From Felis catus (taxonomy: Eukaryota): a stretch of 64,000 nt of DNA. The stretch lies in NCBI RefSeq assembly GCF_018350175.1, contig NC_058368.1, positions 115,012,001 to 115,076,000 of the forward strand, in the 5' to 3' direction. This document shows, one piece after another, positions 13,467 to 25,367 of the stretch (positions within the stretch are counted from its first letter, which is position 1; each line of letters begins with the position of its first letter). Below the pieces are notes generated by a model. It was given only the letters and a program-made list of their open reading frames with translations, was not told the DNA's origin and did no database searches. The translations under genes and the position numbers were made by a program.

Positions 13467-15279
13467 CATAAATAGATTCTTAAGCTTTGTTAGCTTTTAA
13501 ATATAAGCATGAAGTGAGGGTTTAACTTTATTTTTCTCCAGATAGTCCATCAAATACAAAACCAATGTACTGTTAATCCCTACTTGTATGTGATGTTAAC
13601 TTTTTTCATTCACTATGATAGTGTCTATTTTTAGATGATTCTATTGTAATTACTTTAGCTTTGTATTACATTTTAATTACCTCTCTTCCATTACTCTTGC
13701 TCTCTTTCTCCAAGGTTTTTTGGCTATTCCTAGCTGTTTATTGTTCCAGATTAATTTGTGAGTAAGTAGGTCAGTCTTCCTATGCCTAAACATGGAATAT
13801 GTTTGTTTATTTGAGTTTTTGTAATATTCCTCAGAAAAGTTAAATCACTTACTGTTACTTTAATACTGTGGGTTTCTTCAGAGATCTAGTCCCCTTTATT
13901 TCCCGTTAATTGCTTTCATAAAGATTTGACATTCCTTTCATTTTACTTTCTTTTTTCTAGTATATAAAAAATTGATTTTTTAATATATATTTATATTGTC
14001 TGTAGCTTCCTTAATGAATTCTTTATAATACTAAATTTTTGGGGGGTGACTCTCTTCAGTTTCCTAGATAAACAGAGATCATCTGTATTGAAAAGTCATT
14101 TGGTGGTCTCCTTTCTAACAGCTTTTTCTTTTATTTCTATTTCCCATTTGATTTCATTGGCTAGAAAGATCATTATATTATTGTTTAACTAATGGTAACA
14201 GTATAACATTAATAACATCTTTTTTTAAGGTAAATGATTCTAGTTTTCACCACAAAGTATAATGTTTGATGATTATTTAAAGTAGTATGTTCAGAATCTT
14301 TCTAATTTACTCAGAGTCATCAGAAATGAGTATTTATCAAGTGTCCTTTGTAAATAGTTTGTAATGAAAATGAGAAAGTTAACCTTAGATAAGGTGCTTT
14401 TTCTCCATTATACTGTATGAGATAAGATATATTACAGAACAAAGAGAGCAATTTTCTTTTTGTAATGGAGGAATTATCTTCGTATTTAAAACATATAATT
14501 AATTCCCTGCCCGTGTTTACTTGGCTATCTTAGGAAACATTTTTTTCAGCCAAGTATTCTTATACAGTCTAGCTCTGCTCTGATTCATTGGTGCATTGGT
14601 GAATCAGTGAGTTAAGTAGTGAAGAGAGTAGTCCACAGTGGTGAATCACCTGGTGGGAAGTGAATGGCGAGAAGGAAGAGAGGCAAAGAACAAGTCTTGA
14701 AATGATGAAAATATGGAAGACCACAGTATAACACATGGAAAGATGGTGGGATAGCTCTTCTTACAATAATTGATTGTCCAAACCTATATGCTTTTATAAA
14801 CGGGCTGTTAATAATAAGTAGCTGGCCCAGTCCCTTATGCCTGTGAGTCTGTAGTTTATAATCTTGTTGGTCTGTCAGTTCGAGTTGTTTAGGAGGGAAG
14901 AGGAATAGCTGCGTCAGTCTAGTAGCTGTGATTCTTCAGTTTGTTTACAAGTCTTTGTTGACTGCGTTGAATAAAATTCTTGAATACTGCTGCAGTATAT
15001 TGGGAATTAAGACCTATAGGCATGTGGTTCCTGTGGCACCTAAAAAAAATGTGTCCCAAATCCTGTCTTCAGCTTTGCATGCCAAATGCTTCTGTGGTAA
15101 GTATTTTTCTGCTTCATCCAGACCTCGATTCCATCACCACCAGTTTTCTCTTGTCTTTGCTTCCCTTCCAAGTTGCATTATCATAAGTATATTTATTTCT
15201 GATAACCCATAAGGATGTTGGACCTAGAAATGTTAGTAGTTATCCTCTCTCAGTTCGATTTCATTATTTACTCATTGAG

Positions 15280-16107
15280 TGAAAACAGCAAAGGATTGAG
15301 TAGGTTTTTCTCCAAAGAATTTGTGCTAATGGTCAATAAGCATAGGAAAAGATGTGTAATATCATGCACCATCAGAGAAAAGCAAATTAAACCATAATGA
15401 GATAGCACTTCGCACCCACTAGGATGGCTATCATTAAAAAGAAAAGAGAGAAAAGAAAAGAACAAGTGTTAGTGAAGATTGGAACCTTCATACATGCTGG
15501 TGAAAATGTAAAATTGTGCAACTGCTTTGGAAAACAGTCTGGCAGTTTGTCTAAAGTTAAACATATGACCCAGCTATTCCACTCCTGCTGATGGACCCAA
15601 AAATAATGAAAACACAGAAACATGTATGTGAATGTTCATAACAGCTTTTTTCATAATGGTCAAACAAGTGGAAATGGTTCACTGATGTATGGATAAATAA
15701 ACTGATCACCAGATGTATGGATAAATAAAATCTTGTGTATCTGTATAATGGCATATTATTTATCAGTAGAAAGGAATGAAATACTGACATATTTTCCAGC
15801 GTGGAAGAACCTCCAAAACATCAAGTGAAAGAAGCTAGTTACAAAACCCACATATTAATATGATTCCATTTATATGAATTACCCAGGATAGACAAATCTA
15901 CAGAAAAAGAAAGTAAAGTTAGTGGTTGCCAGTAGGTAGTTTTAAGGAATGAGCAAAATGGGGAATGGCTGCTGATGTATATGGGGTTTGTTTTGGAGTG
16001 ATGAAAGTGGTCTTGTGGTAATGGTTGCACAACTGTGAACATACTAAAAATTACTGAATTGTAAGGTTTAAATTGGTGAATTTTTTGGTATGTGAATTAT
16101 ATCTCAA
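15280..16107 (+). mobile_element. Old L1M 3' end (boundaries approximate)
   Basis: Degenerate ORF2 tail (cacccactaggatggctat, ctgctttggaaaacagtctggcagtt) and an L1M-type 3' UTR ending tgtgaattatatctcaa. Confidence 0.8.
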
Positions 16108-16658
16108 GCCAGGTGCTTTTTGTACAGATTACTTTTTAAACTTCAGAACCTGAAATAGCAAACGTTCATCATCAGATTATTAAGAATAGTGGGTAACTCT
16201 ATGAAACCTAGAAATCGTGTAATAGGAAAATAACAGTGTAAATCCAGAAGATGGGATAAGAAATAGTTAATGTTGAAGAAGAAACAAGATAGTCTTATGT
16301 AGCATGGAATTTTATATTTTTGTCATGGGATGTACTTGTGTATGGGTATTGTGTATAGCATAAAGGCTGGAATATAATGTCAAAAATTTTCAAAAGTTGC
16401 TGTCACAGAGTGGAGAGGTTGGAGATATTTTCATTTGTTTGTCTTACTGTGTATCTGCATTTCCAATGTATTTTCTTTTACCCTCACATCTGCTACTTAT
16501 TGTTTAACACTTCTTCATCTTCGTAAGTGTTGTGGTGGAACACGTGGTATCATGGATCCTTGTGAAATAATTATGAGACAAAGCCATCACCAATGTATTG
16601 ACCTATCTTCTTTTCATGCCTCTGGAAGAGTAAAAAATGAACTTCAATATCTTTGCAG

Positions 16659-16815
16659 GTTATCAATGCTGCATTGGCTTTAGCAGCAAAACCACAGAGT
16701 AAACTGGCTCAAGAGAACATGGATCTTTTTAAAGAACAGTGGGAAAAACAAGTCCGTGTTCTCACAGATGCTGTCGATGACATTACTTCCATTGATGACT
16801 TCTTGGCTGTCTCAG
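16659..16815 (+). CDS. CTNNA1: Catenin alpha-1 coding exon (exon 11 equivalent), 157 nt
   Basis: Acceptor ctttgcag| and donor CAG|gtaatg. Encodes VINAALALAAKPQSKLAQENMDLFKEQWEKQVRVLTDAVDDITSIDDFLAVS (ORF 16653..16847). Confidence 0.98.
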
Positions 16816-19428
16816 GTAATGAGCTGGTTCCCCAGAGAAGCCTGTGAGAATGTGCATAATAACTTCTAAGTCACAGTAATGGACAATCAAAACACCCCCA
16901 AGTCTGGGCAAGTAAATTATTCTAGCAATAATATTGTGCTGGTTTTGATTTTAATTAAAAAAAAAACAACAAACTACCACTGGCTCCTAAACAGTGGGAG
17001 GTGGGTTGGAGTTGTTTCCCTTGTGGTGGGGCTGGTCTAGATCTTAGAAGCATGAATTTGAAAGCTGGCTGGCAGTTTTCTCCCATTTGTATAGAGTAAT
17101 ATTTTGCATCTGTTGACCTGTACAGCACCGTGACCATCCACCTCTCTTGAAGCTATTGTATTTAGAAAAAACATTGACCTGTGTCCTGTGAGAGACTGTG
17201 GTTATTTGTTGTAAGCCTGTGAAACTTTAGAGGAGAGGTTTCCAGCACCATCATCTTTAGTTCATTTTTTAAAATAAATTTTCCCCCTTCCTGGAAAGCT
17301 TCTTCCTTTCTCCCTCGGAAATGATCATAGTTTAACTGCCTACTTTTTAAAAGACTCTGTCTGCATGATGCACGGATAGAAAACAGAGAGGAAATACTTA
17401 AGTGCCATTTAATTATGAACTTGCAAAAAGTAAATCTGGGTAATTCACCTCACAAAAACAGTTGATTTCATTATATAAACATAAACTGGTAATGACATAG
17501 TAAATTGCATTCATATAGAAAATGTCTGTCAACTGCAATTCACTGTTTATCACACAGATAAATTTCAATCCATCTCCTTCACATTGAGCAAGTATAAATG
17601 CATTCTTCATTTAACAGGGCCTCTGCTGCCCTTAGCTACATGCTTGCTCTCTGGAGGTGCCAGGCCTCCTGAGGCCAGTGGCTGTGGGCAGACTCAGCGG
17701 CTGGGTACTTGTAGGGCTAAAACTACCTGTCACCCTAGGGAACCACAGGCTGGAATGTGGGAGATGTGAGTGTCAATGGAGCTTGAAAGAGAAGTGGGGC
17801 TTAAGTACATGCACAGCGCAGTCCTCCAGCAATGACCTATATATAAGGTTACAGTGTGTTCTGCATACCAATGCCCTCCTGTCTCTCCCTGTTCTCCTTG
17901 GGGTTGGTAGCTTTGGCTGTACTTGAGAGAGTGGGGAACAGGCAATCCATAAACTGCAAAAAGAGGGGATAAACCATGCTGCTGCAGGACTGCCAAATTG
18001 CAGGTGCCGGTACTTTAAAATGAAAACCCCATTTGCAAGCACATCTTTGCTGGTGCCAAAAATGCAGCAATGGCTTTTTTGGGAAATCTTGGCCTTCTGT
18101 TGTTTTTCCCAATGAAGTACTGAGTTATTCTTTTTCATAGGTTTAGAGAAAAACATTCCACCTTCACAGCACACTTTTAAGCAAACAAATTCTGAAACCT
18201 AAATGTAAAGCCCCCCTCCGGAGATAGATACTACATTCCTAAACTTACTTCTTGTGATGAGGTTGGGTATATATCTCACGCTTGGTCTCAAGGGATTTTC
18301 AGTCCTTCTTACAGCAAAATAAAATGTAATAGAATCAAATGTCCCTCATGCAACATTCTTCAAATTGGAGAACAAAGAGGCTTCTGCAGTAGCATTTAGT
18401 GGCATCCAGGCAGTATCTTTAGGGTATATGACATAAAACAGAAGAATGTAAAGAGAAATTAAATTCTTTAACAGATACGCTTTTATCTGGTGAGCATGTT
18501 CAATTTTTATGCAAATGTGGGAAAGTATAAGGGCTGACTTGATGGAAAGGAGTCTAGACCGTTGCTATTTAGGAAATAAAAATACAGAACAGTTCTCTGA
18601 GTCAGGAAGTGTTGGTGTTTTCAGAGTATGTGAATTCAGAGGTCTACAGGTTTTGTCACAGGCTTGCTTAGTATCAAATGATTAATATTCATAATTCTTC
18701 TGTGCTTTATAGGGGCATGGGATGAAGGGGAGGATACAAGCAGATTTCTGTGCAGAGTTCTCCTCAACTGACTAGTTAGTTGTTGGCATTCACACTCTTT
18801 TATACCTTCACACACCCACCTCACCCATGGAAATTTGAGCATCTTTTCATGGTAGGGTGGGGAACTAGAGATGTCTAACCATCTCACCTGACACAGACTT
18901 GCTAGGGAAGTGACTGGCTGTCATCACAAGGAACCCCACTTTGAACTAGGCAGGCCCCTACTGGTCTCCAGTCCTTAGCCCTTGTACAGTTCACAGCATC
19001 TCTAATTGTGCACCGTGGATTGGAGAGGATGTGTCAGTCTGCAGCATTCATGGGTAGTCTTTAGACAGTAAGTCGTGTCTTGTCCTCATCCTGATCTTCC
19101 CCCTCTGCCAGTTTCTCCTTGCCCTCTGGCATGCCGGTGCTTCAGTAGTCCTGTCTGTGAAGTAGGCATGGCTTTGAGTAGATGAGCTGCCAGGCAAGTG
19201 CCCAGCACAGAGTCTAGCTTTGGGTGGTGGGTTTCATAAATCTATACTAAATGCAAAGTAAGGATGGTGCTTGACTCCTTGGAGTGGTTGTTTTCTACTG
19301 TATTCTGGTACCTCTGGCAGTGTGATAGTTTTTAAGGAATATTTCCAAGAAGGATTTTCTACCATGAAATCCTTCTTGGAACTCATGGGGCCTACAAATT
19401 TCCTGAAGCCTGCCCACTAGCCAAGAAC

Positions 19429-19490
19429 CCCTCTAAGGGAAAGTTATTTAGGGAATAATATCCCTCTAAGGGAAAGTTATTTAGGGAATA
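19429..19490. repeat. Perfect 29-bp direct duplication with 4-bp spacer
   Basis: CCCTCTAAGGGAAAGTTATTTAGGGAATA at 19429-19457 and 19462-19490. Confidence 0.95.
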
Positions 19491-21667
19491 GGACTGAGAG
19501 GACTTTTTGTTGCTTTATCTCTATTGTTGCTGGATATTCTGTCCTGTTGGTTCCAGAAGTTCCCTCATACCTGCCACAAGTCCTATCTAAATTTGTGACT
19601 CAAAAACTAAGGGTAACTTTGTGTATAATTTGGTGAAGCCCCCAAACATTTCATGAGGCTGCAGGGCAAGGGAAACTTGACAAAACTCTGTGTTACAATC
19701 AAATCGGAGACCATGGCATTTGAAAGTAGGGGGACATGCATGCCATCCTAGGGAAGAGGGAGTGGAGCTCCTTTTCACCAAGCTCTTTTCACAATGTGCC
19801 TTGTAAATATTGGAGATGTTAAGATGCTAGAGCGCATTCAGCAGACCACAAGTATATTTATATTGACTGATCCCTTAAGGACAGGAGTTTGAAATTTATC
19901 AAAGTGATAAAGACTGTTTGAATTTCATTTGAATTGTATTTGATAAACGTTTTCCATGGAAGTGCAATTTACTTTCTTGTGCATTTATTCTGCTTACATG
20001 TGGAAGCTTTAGTGTCTTCTTTTTTTTCTTTTAATTCAAGTGTTTGGTTAGAGTGGTTCCAATTGGGTTTATTACATTTTTTTACCACATGGTCTTGGAA
20101 ACAAATAGTATATTGCATTAGATACATTAGGGCAACACGTAAGAGTGGTAATTTGTACTTTTTCTTCTTCATTAAGGGTCACTGTGCCCAATTTGGTCTT
20201 ATTGGAAGGCCATTAAATAAAAGGATTACAATACCTAATTTTTTGTTTTTGTGTTGAAGAGCAAAAAAAACTTTGAAGATAAGGTAGTGAAGATAGGTTT
20301 GATTTCTGACTTCCCTGCTCACTAGCTGTGTGACCTTGGAGAAGTCCCTGCCCTGGCTTGCTCGTTATTTAATGGTGATTTTTTTTTTTTTAATGGCTAC
20401 TATGTAAAGAGTTAAATGTCAAGCCCTCAGTATTTCCTGTTATAGATTAAGTCCTGTATATAAAGTATTAATATTATCATTTCATATGTGTGCATAAGGT
20501 TAATACCAATAAAGACATCCAGAACAAAGGGTACACAGATTGGGCCCTGTTACATATCATGAATTGAAGTATGAGTTGATGCAGCATTCTGGAGAATTCC
20601 AGTTGGCTTGGTTCCTGGAGGCCAATTAGGCACTGCATATGTACTTTAAACATATATATGCCTTTTGAGTTAGTAATCCTATTGCTAGAAATTTTTCTCA
20701 GGAATATGTACACAATGTTTGCCAAAATACCTGTACAAAGTTGTTCATGTCAACCAAAATGTTGAAGAGAAGACTGGATAAGTAAATTATGGCCCCTCCA
20801 TCTATTCAGTAAGGTACTTTGCAGCCATTAACATGAATGAGGGAAATGGGTGGATGCAGGCCTAGAAAGGTTTTCAAATGAAAAACATAATAGTGTCCAT
20901 AATATGGTCCCTTGTTAGATAGACTGTTGTATATGTGACTTTTTTTCCTGTTAGAGGCACCTCCCAGTGATGACTGTTTAACAATCGAGAGTCTTTAATG
21001 GGGTATAGATTGGTGTGTCTACCCATAACGGACCCATGCTGAGGTTCCTTGGAAATTCAGTTAAAGCTGAAGTAACTTAAGATTTTAGTTAGCCTGGGTA
21101 CCTCCAAGCCTCTCGTGTTTGTGCACATTCACTGGAACCTCGCTTCTCCCTTAAGGCTCAAGTGCAGAGAACAGGATTGATGTTGTGTCCTGGGTATGTG
21201 GTAGCCTCAGCTGGATGGGGCTTTCCTAGAGACAGCTGTTCAGTGACGGTAGACACTATTACTTTAGTCAGCTTCCTGAAATAGAAGGCTTCCTTTGTTG
21301 CTAAAGAATAGCAAGCCCTTCCCTGGTTTAGGTTCACTGGAAGAAAGCCAGTGTGAATTCAAGAAAGTCTAAATTGATTTTTAAAAACATAGGTGTCTAG
21401 ATGAAGGTTAAGAAATCACTGGTGAAAGTTTGGACTATTTTGCTTAATGAACAAAAAAGAATGTCATGCTTCATTGATTCTAAGATGGGCTTCCTCCCCC
21501 ATACTAACAATCCTGAAACAAGGATGAGTTTTAAAATCAATGATACAAGAAAACATTGGTTCATAGTTTAGTTAGTGACACGTTTTCTTTCCCTTCCTGC
21601 TGCTTTCCTTTCCTTAAACAAAATACAAGTGTAAAATGTTTTAGGTTCAGCAAAAGCAGCAGTTCTT

Positions 21668-21892
21668 TTTTTTTTTTTTTTTTTTAAATGTTTGTTTATA
21701 TTTGACAGAGAGAGAGAGAGACAGAGCATGAGTTGGGGAGGGGCAGAGAGAGAGGGAGACACAGAATCCGAAGCAGGTCCAGGCTCTGAGCTGTCATCAC
21801 AGAGCCTGACGTGGGGCTCGAACTCACAGACCGCGAGATCATGACCTGAGCCAAAGTTGGACACTCAACCGACTGAGCCACCCAGGCACCCC
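21668..21892 (-). mobile_element. Can-SINE (SINEC_Fc-like)
   Basis: Full-length. 16-bp TSD AAAAGCAGCAGTTCTT at 21652-21667 and 21894-21909. Confidence 0.96.
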
Positions 21893-22239
21893 TAAAAGCA
21901 GCAGTTCTTAACCCACAGGTTGGTATGGTGTGCAGGCCCAGTACCACTGTGTTTAGTTTAATTATATAGAAAGTTTGTATATAAAAGATGCTTCCAGTGG
22001 GCTCCCCATCCATTCATTCTTATGAATGGTTCAAATAAATATCCTTCCTAAAATTTGTTTATGTAAAAAGTTTAATGGGTTTTCTCTGTTGATAGTACAA
22101 TGATAGAAACCCTACAGGTCCCCACTTCTTTTTGAATTAGTAGACACAAAATTAGGGTTTTCTTTGCTTTACCGTGGTAATTCATTTTTCTTTTCTGTAA
22201 TAGGAATTAACACTGTATTCTGGCTTTCACTGAAAATAA

Positions 22240-22870
22240 TTTATTTAAAGAAAAGAAAGAAAAACTTTTAGAGCAATTTTAAGTTCACAGCATAATTTAA
22301 GAGAAGCGTACAGAGATTTTCCATCAGTCTGTAAACCCACACGTGCACAGCCTCATCAGCATGTCCCATCATAGTGGCACACTTGTTACAACTGATGATG
22401 TATCCATGATAATAGTGTCATGTAAAGTATTCACTGCTCTAAAAATCCTCTATGTTCTTTCTGTCTGTTCTTCCTACCCCCTCCAACTCCTGATATTTTT
22501 ACTACCTCCATAGTTTTGCCTTTTCCAGAATGTCCTATAGTTGGAATAATACAGTATGTAGCCTTTTCAGATTGTCTTCTTTCATTTAGTAATATGTATA
22601 CCATGTCTTTTCATGGTTTGATAGCTCATTGCTTTTTAGTGCTGAATAAAATTCCATGGTCTGGATTTACCTCATTTTATCCATTCACCTACTGAAGGAC
22701 ACCTTGGTGGTTTCCAAGTTTTGGCAGTTATGAACAAAGCTGTTGTAAACATCTGTGTGCATGTTTTTATGTGGACTTAGGTTTTCAACTCCTTTGGATA
22801 AATACCAAGGAGTGTGATTGCTGGATCATATGGTAAGGGTGCATTTAGTTTTATAGGAAACATGTTTTCA
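22240..22870 (-). mobile_element. Old L1M 3' end (boundaries approximate)
   Basis: ttttgccttttccagaatgtc...gccttttcagattg...ataccaaggagtgtgattgctggatcatatggtaag. Confidence 0.8.
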
Positions 22871-24438
22871 CCAACTCTCTTTTTAATTCTTTCACATGGT
22901 TATTTCTTTCGCATTGTGATTGTTTTCATTTTATGCCACTGTACCTTTAGTCTCGGAACAGAGACCCTTACAGAGTTCCTGTCTCTAGTCTCTTGGGAAT
23001 TACAAAGGCAGTGCATTGTGGTATACTGTTCTTTGATAGATCTACTAAGTACCACTTGCCTCTGCCTCCATTGGACATGAGAGGAAATAGCACCATGACC
23101 ACTATCTTAGTTTTGAGTATCTTAAGAGGTCAAGCTTATTGTTCCCTCCCTTCCAGACATTGTCACATATAACTTGACTGAGTATGTTACCAGAGGCCGT
23201 GAGGGAAGGGTAATAGCTTTTGGAAGTCGATTAAATCAGGAAGCAGTCCAGAATAATGACATGTCGATGCATAAGGTGGCCAGGACTGGCAAAGAAATGA
23301 CCAGATATGTTTCTTAGATTACTTTTGCCCTAATTGTTCTAGCTCTGCCAGAAGAACTAGGGCCATTAGTCTTTCACCTATTGTACTTGGTACTCTCTTG
23401 GCTTAATTAAGTGAGCATATCCTCTGTGAGTTCTTGCATGTCTTGAAGAAAGCTCCTTTCTGAGCTGGGAGGCAATGGCTAGATGATGACGTGGTGGCTT
23501 TCCTTTATGTCACTCTCCAACCAACTTCACGGAGTCTGAGGAGCCCTGTCATTTGGGCCATATCCTCGTGGTCCCTTCAGTTCTGGGTGAGAACATCCCT
23601 TTTTACCATTCTGGGTTAGCCCTTACACACTGACCTCATCCATTTTAATGGCTATATAGTACCCATAATATATTACCTACTGTCCTTAGACATTTTGGTT
23701 GCTTCCACTTTGCTTTTATTATAGATGAAGCTAAAGCTAACTCAGAGGTTCCCAGTATCCAGTGTCAAGCATTTTGCTTTGAGGAAAAATAGGTTTGGTG
23801 GGTCCTCAAAATGTCAGCTTAACAGGATTCAAGGGTTTTTGTAAATATCACAGCAAGGTACCCCCTGCACCCATGAGACGGTTACTAAATGTTTTGCTTT
23901 AGATGGGCTTCCTCTATGCCCTCCAGAGGAGGCTTCACTCTCCTTTCCAGCGCCTTCTATCCCAGGGCTGTCCTGGCTTCTTGGGAGATGGTCTGAATAC
24001 ATTGGCATCTACTGAGGGAGGGGCAAGAGAATGGAAGGAATGAGACTTATCGTGAACCCCTCCCTCTGTTTTAGACTTTGTTTTGGACATTAGGTCAGTG
24101 AAATTATTTAAAGAGAAGTTAGTAGACTTCTATAATCTGAATTTTCTGCCTGGTTTGCAAAACACCTGTGCCTTAAAAAATCTGTTGACCTCTGTCTCTC
24201 CCTCTTTCTATAAACCTGGAATGCAGATTGTTATTCTTGGAGGTGATTACAGGTTGAGTTTCTGTGGGACAGTTAATCCAGCGGTTAGTCTGATCTGTTC
24301 AGTGAAATGATACATGAAACGCTTTGGCACTGCAGCTGGCACAAAATGAGCACTCAGTGAACGATAGGTGCCAACTTAAAATTTTCCCCTTCTAGTGGAA
24401 TGCCTTCTCCCTCATTCAGCCTTTTGTTTGTTCTTCAG

Positions 24439-24639
24439 AGAATCACATTTTGGAAGATGTGAACAAATGTGTCATTGCTCTCCAAGAGAAAGATGTGGAT
24501 GGGCTGGACCGCACAGCTGGTGCAATTCGAGGCCGGGCTGCTAGGGTCATCCATGTAGTCACCTCAGAGATGGACAACTATGAGCCAGGGGTCTACACAG
24601 AGAAGGTCCTGGAAGCCACCAAGCTGCTCTCCAACACAG
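24439..24639 (+). CDS. CTNNA1: Catenin alpha-1 coding exon (exon 12 equivalent), 201 nt
   Basis: Acceptor ttgttcttcag| and donor CAG|gttcgg. Encodes (E)NHILEDVNKCVIALQEKDVDGLDRTAGAIRGRAARV...KLLSNT. Phase 1-1 keeps frame with its neighbours. Confidence 0.97.
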
Positions 24640-25215
24640 GTTCGGGGACTTCCTCCCTTCCAGTGCTCCCCACACACAGATGGGTGGGCCGGGCCATCCT
24701 GGGAGTTCAGGCCCTGTGGTTAGGAAGGATGAGATCAGGATGTAGATCAGGTCTTCACACAACATGTCTGGGTTGGACATCAGACCTTGAGAAGTTGATC
24801 AACTAAATTAAGGCCTTGAAAACCCCTTTCCTTCATGTGTCCCACAGCTAATGATGGGAATAATTCTGAACACACTATTTAAGGTGAATTTTTGAGTAAA
24901 GTCTTTTGTTAGTGGATAAATACCAAATTAAGGAGAGTTCTAGTTTTAAGCGAGGCCTCCCGTTTATCTCACTTCAGTTGCTCACCCATCCAAATCCTGT
25001 ATTGCAAAGTCTGGTCAGAGACAAAGATGATTTGAGTCTTGGTAAAATATAGCATTTAATTTATTTCAACTGTAAATACTCCTCACATAGGTAGAGGCAG
25101 ATGCTCTTCATCATATACCTCACCTCCTCCTGTCTGACTGAGGGATTGAGGGAGGGCTGGTAGAATGATCATGTCTGCTGGCCTAGCAGGATCTGCCCTG
25201 CCTCTTTCTCCACAG

Positions 25216-25367
25216 TCATGCCACGTTTTACTGAGCAAGTAGAAGCAGCTGTGGAAGCCCTCAGCTCGGACCCTGCCCAGCCCATGGATGAGAATGAGTT
25301 TATTGATGCCTCCCGCCTAGTGTATGATGGCATCCGGGACATCAGGAAAGCGGTGTTGATGATAAGG
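25216..25367 (+). CDS. CTNNA1: Catenin alpha-1 coding exon (exon 13 equivalent), 152 nt
   Basis: Acceptor ctttctccacag| and donor AGG|gtgagt. Encodes (V)MPRFTEQVEAAVEALSSDPAQPMDENEFIDASRLVYDGIRDIRKAVLMIR. Confidence 0.98.
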
